DNA of 64,000 bases, taken from NCBI GenBank assembly GCA_900752335.1, contig CAADUZ010000016.1:931-64930 (forward strand), in the 5' to 3' direction. Positions 9,683-18,009 of the stretch are shown here, in pieces. The translations under genes and the position numbers were made by a program. The notes beneath the pieces were generated by a model. The model searched no databases, was not told the DNA's origin, and was given only the letters and a program-made list of their open reading frames with translations. This stretch comes from Clostridia bacterium (lineage in GTDB: Bacteria > Bacillota > Clostridia > TANB77 > CAG-508). Each line of letters begins with the position of its first letter. Position 1 is the stretch's first letter.

Positions 9683-10888
9683 ATGATAGAAAAAATTATT
9701 TTTAATTTGCTGGCTTTTGCAATATTTATACTTGTGTTTGGAAGGTTTATAAAGAAAAATGATACAAGTTATGTATATGTTTTAGGGCTAGAATTTATTG
9801 GACTTGTAATAAACTTTATAGAATTACTTTCAAATATTACTTTAAATGTATTTTTTAAAGTAATTATATGGATATTATCAGTAATAATACCGGGAATAAT
9901 ACTATTAATTGAATACAAGAAAAAGCTAGATTTTCCAGAAATGTTTAATATTATACTAGCTAAAATTGCACTTTCTTCTGGAAATACAGAGAAGGCAAAA
10001 GACTATTTATTTAAATTAATAAATAAATATCCAGAAAGTTTTATGGCACATAAAACTTTAGCAGAAGTATATGAAAAAGAAGAGAATTATTCTGTGGCTG
10101 TAGACGAGTATATTCGTGCAACAGAATTAAACCATAATAAAGATATAAAGCTAAATTATACAATAGCAAAACTCTTAAACAAATCTAATAGAGGAGAAGA
10201 AGCTATTACTGTATTACAGGACATATTGAAAAAGAAACCTGAATATTATGATGCTACAAATTTATTAGGAGAAATTTTATGTGCAAACGAAAGATATAAA
10301 GAAGCTATAAATGTATACATGAATGCGTTAAGATATAACCCGGGAAACTATGACCTATACTATAATTTAGGAATTGTATATACAATGATTAATGACTTTC
10401 AAAGGGCAAAAGAGTTTTACGAAAAGGCTGCAGAAATCAATTCACTTTTATACAATGCAAAATTGAGCATTGGGCAAATTGCATTAATTGCAGGAGATTT
10501 AGACGAGGCAGAACAATTTTTTAAAGAAAGTTTAAAGGGAGAGGACGTAGAAGCGGGTTCGTATTACTATTTATCACAAGTTGCAATTCTAAAAGGTGAT
10601 AAGGAAAAAGCTGCAAACTACATGAATATTGCAGTAGAACTAGATCCTAAAATATACAATAAAGCACAAAAAGAAACAGTATTTACCCCGATAAAAAATG
10701 AAATTAAAAAACCAGAAAAAGAAAAAATGGAAGAGAAAAAGCAAACTAAATTACTTGCAAAAGAACGTAAAGCCCTAAACCATTTGTCAAAAACATGCTC
10801 TTTAATTAGTGAGCTTAATAATGACGATTTAACAATGATAAAAAACTTAAGAGAAAAAGAACTTGGAAAAGAAGAAAAGCAACGCTAA
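9683..10888 (+). CDS. membrane-anchored TPR-repeat protein
   Basis: Three N-terminal hydrophobic segments are followed by several 34-aa TPR-like units (A..Y...L...P....A...LG..Y) and a Lys/Glu-rich tail. Confidence 0.65.
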   Translation: MIEKIIFNLLAFAIFILVFGRFIKKNDTSYVYVLGLEFIGLVINFIELLSNITLNVFFKVIIWILSVIIPGIILLIEYKKKLDFPEMFNIILAKIALSSGNTEKAKDYLFKLINKYPESFMAHKTLAEVYEKEENYSVAVDEYIRATELNHNKDIKLNYTIAKLLNKSNRGEEAITVLQDILKKKPEYYDATNLLGEILCANERYKEAINVYMNALRYNPGNYDLYYNLGIVYTMINDFQRAKEFYEKAAEINSLLYNAKLSIGQIALIAGDLDEAEQFFKESLKGEDVEAGSYYYLSQVAILKGDKEKAANYMNIAVELDPKIYNKAQKETVFTPIKNEIKKPEKEKMEEKKQTKLLAKERKALNHLSKTCSLISELNNDDLTMIKNLREKELGKEEKQR

Positions 10889-10952
10889 AGACAGATAAAG
10901 TACAAGCTACCTTCATATAATTAAATATAATATTATATGAAGGTGTGATTTT

Positions 10953-11831
10953 ATGAATATATCTGTTATAGGTGGAGATTTAAGAACTGCAATTTTAGCA
11001 GAAATGTATGCAAATGAAAAAAATACTATATATACGTATGGATTAGAAAAATATTTTGAAGAGAATTTAAAAAAATCTAATATAATTATATGCAAGAATT
11101 TAGAAGAAGCAATTTGGAATTCACAATACATAATTTCAGGAATGCCATTTACAAAAGATAAGATTAATGTAAATGCACCATTTGCAAGTAGCAAAATAAA
11201 ATTAGAAGAACTAAAAAATGTTTTTTTAAAACAAAACAACAAAAAAATATTTTTTGCAGGTGGAATACCAGAAAGTTTATGTGATAACATATATAATGTA
11301 GAATTTGTAGATTTGCTAAAGATAGAAGAACTAACTATATTAAATGCAATTCCAACGGTTGAAGGAACTATAAAAATAGTAATAGATAAAAGAATTGAAA
11401 CAATACATGAAAGCAATATATTAGTATGCGGTTTTGGAAGAATTGGAAAAATACTATGTGATAGATTTTATAAACTAGGCGCCAACATATATTGCGTAGC
11501 AAGAAAAGATAGCGATTTAGCTTGGATTAGAGAAAATAGATATATACCACTTAAATATAGTGAATTACAATATTATGCAAATAAACTAGAAATAGTAATA
11601 AATACAGTTCCATATATGGTACTAGATAAAGAAAATTTAAATTTATTTAACAAAAACACATTATTTATAGATTTAGCATCAAGCCCAGGCGGAATTGATA
11701 GTAAATACGCACAAGAAAAAGGATTTAATGTGATAACAGCTTTAGGAATACCTGGTAAGGAAGCACCAAAAACAGCTGCTAAATATATAAAGGAAATATT
11801 AGATAACAATATAAATCAAAAGAAAATTTAG
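10953..11831 (+). CDS. dpaA: dipicolinate synthase subunit A
   Basis: Strong resemblance to SpoVFA: ISVIGGD near the N-terminus, NAIPTVEGTI, a GFGRIG Rossmann motif and LASSPGG.D..YA...G. Confidence 0.8.
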   Translation: MNISVIGGDLRTAILAEMYANEKNTIYTYGLEKYFEENLKKSNIIICKNLEEAIWNSQYIISGMPFTKDKINVNAPFASSKIKLEELKNVFLKQNNKKIFFAGGIPESLCDNIYNVEFVDLLKIEELTILNAIPTVEGTIKIVIDKRIETIHESNILVCGFGRIGKILCDRFYKLGANIYCVARKDSDLAWIRENRYIPLKYSELQYYANKLEIVINTVPYMVLDKENLNLFNKNTLFIDLASSPGGIDSKYAQEKGFNVITALGIPGKEAPKTAAKYIKEILDNNINQKKI

Positions 11832-11847
11832 AGAGGACGTGAGATAA

Positions 11848-12654
11848 ATGACAATTTTACAAGCATTAATTTTGGGAATAATACAAGGATTAACAGAACT
11901 TTTGCCAATATCAAGTTCAGGCCATTTGGACGTGATACCATGGCTACTTAATTGGACGCAAAATGCGCAATTTAATATAGACTTTGAGGCTTTTGACGTT
12001 GCACTACATTTTGGAACATTTTTAGCAATAGCATTATTCTTTTTTAAAGACTGGATAAAATTAATAGTTGGAGGATTTAACCAAGTTGTAAAAAAGAAAA
12101 AAACGCAAGAAGGAAAAATGTTTTGGTATTTAGTAATAGCTACAATTCCTGGAGGGATTATAGGATTACTTTTAGATACTTTTGTAGGAGATGCACTAAA
12201 AAAACCAGTAATTATTGCAATAGCGTTAATTGTAATGGGTATAATACTATACATAGTAGATAAAAAAGCAAAGTCAAAAACAGATTATGAGCACATGACA
12301 TTTAAACAAACATTTTTAATAGGTTTATCACAATGTTTAGCATTTATACCAGGTGTTTCAAGATCAGGGATTACAATGACAACAGGAAGAGCAATGGGTG
12401 TAGATAGGGAATCGGTTGCTAGATACTCATTTATGCTTTCTGCACCAATAGTATTTGCAGCTACATTATTTAAAATAAAAGATTTTGTATTTAATATTCC
12501 GTTTTTCGTAGGTGTTTTAGCAAGTTTTCTAGTTGGTATAATAGTTATAAAATGGTTATTAACATATTTACAAAAAGGAAGTTTTAAAATATTTTCTATC
12601 TATAGAGTTATTTTTGGAATAATTATTTTAATATTTGCATTTATAAGAATGTAA
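11848..12654 (+). CDS. uppP: undecaprenyl-diphosphate phosphatase
   Basis: The BacA/UppP signature LTELLPISSSGHL and the later PGVSRSG motif are present, with about 8 TM segments. Confidence 0.9.
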   Translation: MTILQALILGIIQGLTELLPISSSGHLDVIPWLLNWTQNAQFNIDFEAFDVALHFGTFLAIALFFFKDWIKLIVGGFNQVVKKKKTQEGKMFWYLVIATIPGGIIGLLLDTFVGDALKKPVIIAIALIVMGIILYIVDKKAKSKTDYEHMTFKQTFLIGLSQCLAFIPGVSRSGITMTTGRAMGVDRESVARYSFMLSAPIVFAATLFKIKDFVFNIPFFVGVLASFLVGIIVIKWLLTYLQKGSFKIFSIYRVIFGIIILIFAFIRM

Positions 12655-12860
12655 AATTTAAAAAGAAAAAATGACAATTTACAAAAATTGTTATTTTTTC
12701 TTTTTTTCTTACACACATATAGATTAGTAAAAATTAACAAAATAAAAAATGTATACAAATAGTACAAAAGTAGAAAATACAATTAGAAAAAGCCTTGAAA
12801 ATGAAATGTTACAGAAATATTACAAAAATATTACATTTATATTAAATCTTGTAATTTATA

Positions 12861-12888
12861 TTGACTTTTTTATAAAAAAAGATAAAAT
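12861..12888 (+). promoter_or_regulatory. candidate sigma-A promoter for the pilus locus
   Basis: TTGACT (12861-12866), a 16-nt spacer, then TAAAAT (12883-12888), within the 350-bp AT-rich gap upstream of pilMN. Confidence 0.35.
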
Positions 12889-13003
12889 ATTAACAGAACT
12901 GTGATTATATTGTAGAAATTTTGAAGAGGAAAAAAATACAAGTATTATTTGTTACATTTTGCAAAATATAATAATGGTGCAAATAAAAACGAAGGAGAAT
13001 AAA

Positions 13004-14623
13004 ATGTCAAGCTGTTTAGGATTATATATAGAAAACAATGTAATTAAATATGCAAAAGTAACTAAAGACCGTGAAATACTAAAAATTGAAGCTTTCGGAT
13101 TAAAATTTTACGAAAAAATAGGAGAAGCTTTAAACCAAATAGTATCAGAAACATTTAGTTACAACATACCAATCAGCGTTAATATGTCAGAAGAAATATA
13201 TAACTATTTCTATATGTTTAGTCTACTCAATAAGAATGACTTAAAGAAAGCGATTGATACAGAATTTGAATCATATTGCTATGATAAAAAACTAAACAGA
13301 AATGCTTTTGAAACAAGATATGCGATATCAAACGAACAAGATGACAAAGATAAGATAAAAATCATACATGTATCTGCAAACAAGTCTTCAATTTCAAAAA
13401 CATTACAAACATTAAACGACTACAAAGTATCTACAGTTACACCAATAGGTACAAGCATTGCTAATATAGCTTCAATAAAACCAAAAGAAAACATAATGAT
13501 AGTAAATATAGAAGACAAAACAACAGTTACAACTATTATTAACCAAAAAATATACAATGTTATGAAGCTAGAAGAAGGCGCAGGAGAAATCCTAGAAAAA
13601 ATAGCAAGCAAAGAGAACTCATATTCAAAAGCTTATGAAATTTGTAAAAACTCTACCATTTATACAATGGAAGGAAAAGAACTACAAGACGAGGAAAATG
13701 AGTATTTAGACTATATAATGCCTACACTATACAAAATAGTTACAAAAGTTCAAGAATATGTAGGAGAATCAACAACAAAATTTGAAAAAATATATATAAC
13801 AGGTACAATGTCTGTTGTAAATAATATAGATTTATATTTTCAAGAGTTTTTCCAAACTGAAAAATGCGAGATATTAAGACCATATTTCGTAACTGAAAAT
13901 GTAAAAATAAATATAAAAGACTATATTGAAGTAAATTCAGCTATAGCAGTTGCTATGCAAGGATTAGGCTATGGAATAAAGAGCATGAACTTTAAAAAGC
14001 CAAGCCTTTCAGACCAATTACCAGAATGGCTAAAACTTGATATGAGTTTAGGTAAAAAAGAAGGTAAATCAAAAAGCAACTTTAGCTTTAGCTTAAAAGG
14101 AAAATTTGACGCAGCAGAAAGATGGCTATTAAGAACAGCAGCAGGTGTATTAATGCTAACAATATTATATTCTGGATTTTCAATATACTTAAATAACAGA
14201 ATTAATGAAAAAATAGCAGAAACAGAAGAAGTAGGTGTCTACACAGATGCTCAAATAGCTTTAGCAAATATAGATATAAATGCAGTGAAACAAAAAGCAA
14301 ATAAATATAAAGAAATGGAAAACAACTTAAGAAATATTAATAACAAAATAGAAGACGATTTAAGCTTAAAAGGCTCAATTCCAAATCTATTAATGCAAAT
14401 TGCGTCAACCATACCACAAGAGGTTCAAATAACAGAAATAGAAAATACAGCAGCTAATAATGAAAGACATATAGTAATTTATGCTCAATCAAAATATTAT
14501 GACGAACTAGGATATTTCAAAGCAAAATTAAAAGAAGATGGAATATTAACAAATGTGGTATCATCACAAGGTGAAAAGCAAGACGAGTTTGTTAAGGTTG
14601 TTATAGAGGGGGATTTGCCATGA
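13004..14623 (+). CDS. type IV pilus assembly protein, PilM-PilN fusion
   Basis: ATG at 13004 follows AAGGAG. The N-terminal about 340 aa is an actin-like PilM fold (GLYIENNVIKYAKV...). This is followed by a TM segment (LLRTAAGVLMLTILYSGFSIYL), a coiled coil and a PilN-like C-terminus. Confidence 0.75.
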   Translation: MSSCLGLYIENNVIKYAKVTKDREILKIEAFGLKFYEKIGEALNQIVSETFSYNIPISVNMSEEIYNYFYMFSLLNKNDLKKAIDTEFESYCYDKKLNRNAFETRYAISNEQDDKDKIKIIHVSANKSSISKTLQTLNDYKVSTVTPIGTSIANIASIKPKENIMIVNIEDKTTVTTIINQKIYNVMKLEEGAGEILEKIASKENSYSKAYEICKNSTIYTMEGKELQDEENEYLDYIMPTLYKIVTKVQEYVGESTTKFEKIYITGTMSVVNNIDLYFQEFFQTEKCEILRPYFVTENVKINIKDYIEVNSAIAVAMQGLGYGIKSMNFKKPSLSDQLPEWLKLDMSLGKKEGKSKSNFSFSLKGKFDAAERWLLRTAAGVLMLTILYSGFSIYLNNRINEKIAETEEVGVYTDAQIALANIDINAVKQKANKYKEMENNLRNINNKIEDDLSLKGSIPNLLMQIASTIPQEVQITEIENTAANNERHIVIYAQSKYYDELGYFKAKLKEDGILTNVVSSQGEKQDEFVKVVIEGDLP

Positions 14624-15333
14624 GAAAAGTATTAATATCAATATTACTTATACTATTAATTGTATTGGCATATTTCGCAATATTTCAAGGAATATCTATA
14701 GGAACATTTAAAGTATTAAGTACAGGAGAAATAATAGAACTAAATGATAATTTGACAGTAAAAATTACTGACGTAAACAAAAAAATAAAAACTGACTTAA
14801 AACAAAAAAGAGACGAATTAAAAGAAAATATAAACACATTATTAGATAACAAAGAAAGTTACTATAACCTAGCAAATGTAAGCACGGAAAGTGAAATAAC
14901 AGAAGCTAGTACAGAAGAAGTATATAACATTGAATACTTATGGGTACGTGTAGGAAGACATGCAAGAGCAGAAGGCGTAAACATGAGAATGGACGTATTA
15001 GCAGGAAATGGTGGAGAAGCTAGTGTTAAAAATCTTAACTTTACAGCAGTAGGAAAATATATGGCAATTATGGATTTTGTATCTTCACTAGAAGACGATA
15101 GTGAACTTGGATTTAGAATAGAAGACTTTCACATGGTACCAGCAACAGACGGAACAAATTTACAAGCAACATTTAGTGTTACTGGTATAAGAGTAAAAAC
15201 AGAAAGTACTACAGCTTCAGTAAATACAACAAGCAGTAGTACAGCAGAGCAAAATGCTGAAGACACAAATACAAATGATAGCAATACAGAAAATGCAGAA
15301 AACAACAACAATACAAATGAAGCAGCACAATAA
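14620..15333 (+). CDS. PilO-like pilus assembly protein
   Basis: The start overlaps the pilMN stop (ATGA). It has an N-terminal TM segment, a coiled coil, a PilO-like segment (NLNFTAVGKYMAIMDFVSSLE) and a Thr/Asn-rich tail. Confidence 0.55.
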   Translation: MRKVLISILLILLIVLAYFAIFQGISIGTFKVLSTGEIIELNDNLTVKITDVNKKIKTDLKQKRDELKENINTLLDNKESYYNLANVSTESEITEASTEEVYNIEYLWVRVGRHARAEGVNMRMDVLAGNGGEASVKNLNFTAVGKYMAIMDFVSSLEDDSELGFRIEDFHMVPATDGTNLQATFSVTGIRVKTESTTASVNTTSSSTAEQNAEDTNTNDSNTENAENNNNTNEAAQ

Positions 15334-15350
15334 AAGAAATGGAGGCAAAT

Positions 15351-15779
15351 ATGCTAAAATCAGTAATTAAAGAAATTTTTATAATATTACTTTTGAGTAT
15401 AGCTATATTACTAATTTTAGGAATACTATTTTACGATTATATTCCTATAAATAAAGTTGTACCAGAAAAAGAAGCATATACAACACCAGAAGAAGTAAAA
15501 AATGAAATAAACGAAGAAATTGCTGAAGCACAAAAAATAGAAGTAACATATGAAGTTACAGATTCAGACTTAAATGTATATGAACAAACAGGCAGTTATT
15601 CGGAAGGTAAAGCAAATCCATTTGAATTAACTGCAACAGAGAATAATAAACCAAGTGACGATAAAACAGAAGATACAAATGACGATGGAAAAGATAATAA
15701 CAATAATGATAATAATAATTCAGATACAGTAGATAAAAATTCAACAGGAACATTTTTCAACGAAGAAGGAATTAAATAA
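15351..15779 (+). CDS. bitopic membrane protein of unknown function in the pilus locus
   Basis: GGAGG lies 5 nt upstream of ATG at 15351. The protein has a single N-terminal TM segment and an Asp/Asn/Lys-rich low-complexity tail. Confidence 0.5.
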   Translation: MLKSVIKEIFIILLLSIAILLILGILFYDYIPINKVVPEKEAYTTPEEVKNEINEEIAEAQKIEVTYEVTDSDLNVYEQTGSYSEGKANPFELTATENNKPSDDKTEDTNDDGKDNNNNDNNNSDTVDKNSTGTFFNEEGIK

Positions 15780-15857
15780 AAGCTATTTAATTCATAATTA
15801 ACGGTTATATTTATTTTATATAGATATACACAAAAAAATTTAAAGGAGGAGTTTTTT

Positions 15858-16073
15858 ATGTTAAAGAATCAAAAAGGTATCACTTTAGTTGCTTTAGTTA
15901 TAACAATAGTTATATTAATAATTTTAGCAACAGTTTCAATCACAATCGCTTTAAATGGTGGTATAGTTGGACATGCTGAAAGTGGTGCAGCAGCATATGA
16001 TGCAGCAGCAACAGATGAAGCTGGAAAGATTACTAACGTAGAGCATTGGATAAACGGAATGCTAACAGAATAA
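15858..16073 (+). CDS. short type IV pilin-like protein (71-aa precursor)
   Basis: Strong RBS AAAGGAGGAG. The prepilin-like N-terminus is MLKNQKG|ITLVALVITIVILIILA. After the hydrophobic helix there is only about 40 aa. Confidence 0.65.
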   Translation: MLKNQKGITLVALVITIVILIILATVSITIALNGGIVGHAESGAAAYDAAATDEAGKITNVEHWINGMLTE

Positions 16074-16151
16074 TTGCTAACCTAAAGTAGCAAATTAAAA
16101 AAATTTTAAACGGTTTAAGATTTCTTTAAACTATGTTAAACTAAAAATATA

Positions 16152-16217
16152 AGAGGTTATTACTTGTCAAATATAATTTAAAATATATAATTATATTTTA
16201 AGTATAACCTCTATTTT
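16152..16217 (+). terminator. long hairpin (candidate partial terminator/attenuator) after the pilin gene
   Basis: AGAGGTTAT (16152-16160) pairs with ATAACCTCT (16204-16212). An inner pairing AATATAATT/AATTATATT is present. ATTTTAAAA follows. Confidence 0.4.
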
Positions 16218-16233
16218 AAAATAAGGAGTATAC

Positions 16234-17049
16234 ATGGACTATATATTATATATACTAATATTTTGTATAGGAGCATTATTTGGAAGCTTTTTTACTCTAG
16301 CAGTATATAGAATTCCAATTAGGCAAGATATAACACATACACGTTCTTATTGCCCAAAATGCAATCATAAATTAGGTTTTCTAGATATGATTCCAATATT
16401 AAGTTATACATTTTTAGGTGGAAAATGTAGATATTGCAAAGAAAAAATAAGACCAAGATATATATTACTAGAAATATTATCTGGAATAGTTTTTGTATTA
16501 TTTGCACTTTCAATTAAATTTAGTATATTTACGATAAATGTGCAATCAGTAGTTTACTTAATAGCAGGAGCATTATATTTAGCTACATTATTTATTATTG
16601 CAGGAATTGACAAAGAAAGAATAAGAATCGAAAAGCCAGTTCTACTATTTGGCTTTATTTGTGTTACTATATATATGATATATCTATATATAGTAGAAAA
16701 AGATGCTAGTATCTATAGATATGTTATTTATTTAGTATTGGCCTGCTTATTATTACTATTTAGTATAGTATACTTACGAAAAAAAGGAGAAGATAGCTAT
16801 CCTATTGATATTTTAATACTATCAATGCTTATGGTATTATTCTCATATGAAGCAGTATATATCTATACGGTAATAATTACACTACTTGCAACTGCAATAC
16901 AATTACTAATTTATAAATTGCACGAAAGAAAAAGCAAAGCTGTAAAAAAAGTAAAAATAGAAAATGCAAAAGTTCCAGTGGGATTTTATATGTGCGTTTC
17001 TAATATAGTTGTTTTGTTAGTAACAAATTTTATGATATTCTACATATAA
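16234..17049 (+). CDS. pilD: prepilin peptidase (A24 family)
   Basis: N-terminal zinc-ribbon-like CPKCNHKLGFLDMIPILSY...GKCRYCKEKI followed by a multi-TM body. Confidence 0.85.
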   Translation: MDYILYILIFCIGALFGSFFTLAVYRIPIRQDITHTRSYCPKCNHKLGFLDMIPILSYTFLGGKCRYCKEKIRPRYILLEILSGIVFVLFALSIKFSIFTINVQSVVYLIAGALYLATLFIIAGIDKERIRIEKPVLLFGFICVTIYMIYLYIVEKDASIYRYVIYLVLACLLLLFSIVYLRKKGEDSYPIDILILSMLMVLFSYEAVYIYTVIITLLATAIQLLIYKLHERKSKAVKKVKIENAKVPVGFYMCVSNIVVLLVTNFMIFYI

Positions 17050-17055
17050 GGTGAT

Positions 17056-17484
17056 ATGATGGAAAAAAAGAAAAAAATAGATATAATTAAACAAAAACTG
17101 AAGTCGAATAAGGGCTTTACGATGCAAGACCTAATAGCTGGCTGCATAATACTTACAATATTTGTTGGTACTATTACTGCACTTTTGACTTCGGTGTATA
17201 AAATAAATATAAAGACAAGGTTAACTTCACAAATGGCAACATACGCAGTGGAAATTTTAGAAGATATTGATAAAATTTCATATTCAGATGCACAAAAGAG
17301 AACAGGAGCGTATTATAAAGGACAATTTCAAATTCCAGCAGGATTCAATGTGGATTTAAGCTTAACAGATTATGGCGAAAATTTAGAAGACGTAATAAAA
17401 ATAGTAAATTTAAAAATATCATATACACTTCAAGGAGAAACAACAGAATATACAGTACAGAGATTAAAAATAAAAGAAGTATAG
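17056..17484 (+). CDS. minor pilin/pseudopilin-like protein
   Basis: Long basic leader, then KG|FTMQDLIAGCIILTIFVG. The small beta-rich C-terminal domain resembles PilV/GspI. Confidence 0.6.
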   Translation: MMEKKKKIDIIKQKLKSNKGFTMQDLIAGCIILTIFVGTITALLTSVYKINIKTRLTSQMATYAVEILEDIDKISYSDAQKRTGAYYKGQFQIPAGFNVDLSLTDYGENLEDVIKIVNLKISYTLQGETTEYTVQRLKIKEV

Positions 17485-17509
17485 AAAAGAAAGGAGTGCT
17501 TAATATATA

Positions 17510-17956
17510 ATGCAAATAAAAACAAATCAAAAGGGAATTACATTACCTTCATTAGTTGCATATATATCAATTCTTATGATAGTTATAGCAGCTATGACAA
17601 CAATGAGCACTTTCTTTTATAAAAACATAAGCGGAGTTGTAGATACACCAAAATACTTGTCGGAATTTAATAAATTTAGCATGTTTTTTGTAGCAGACAT
17701 AAAAAATTATAGTAAGGCAAATGTTACAAGCAATACTATAGAATTTGAAAATGGGCCAACATATAAATATCAGGGAAATGCAATATATAGAAATGACGTA
17801 AAAATAGCAGAATATATTATGAGTTGCGATTTTACATTATCACAATATAATGTAGATACAACAAGTAAAAATATTATAAACGTAAATATGCAAATAGGAA
17901 AAACAGCAGAAAAATCAGTACAGGAAAATGTTGATTTTGTATTAAAGTACTGGTAA
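17510..17956 (+). CDS. minor pilin/pseudopilin-like protein
   Basis: N-terminus MQIKTNQKG|ITLPSLVAYISILMIVIAA has the same NQKGITL leader as the 71-aa pilin. Confidence 0.6.
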   Translation: MQIKTNQKGITLPSLVAYISILMIVIAAMTTMSTFFYKNISGVVDTPKYLSEFNKFSMFFVADIKNYSKANVTSNTIEFENGPTYKYQGNAIYRNDVKIAEYIMSCDFTLSQYNVDTTSKNIINVNMQIGKTAEKSVQENVDFVLKYW

Positions 17957-18009
17957 TAATATTTACAAAAATGTAGATAATATATAATACAAATGAAAGG
18001 AGATATTCT

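Noticed and set aside
10913-12254. Long antisense ORFs (10913-11416 and 11799-12254), and similar ones at 2833-3258, 6962-7375, 39301-39717, 58414-58908 and 61166-61627.
   Set aside because: Each lies entirely opposite a well-supported gene. They encode low-complexity Ile/Ser/Phe-rich sequence typical of antisense frames in AT-rich DNA, and they lack an RBS.
12655-13003. A c-di-GMP riboswitch upstream of the pilus locus, as reported for some clostridial pilin operons.
   Set aside because: The 350-bp region is almost pure A/T. It contains none of the GC-rich conserved cores of the GEMM-I or GEMM-II classes as I remember them.
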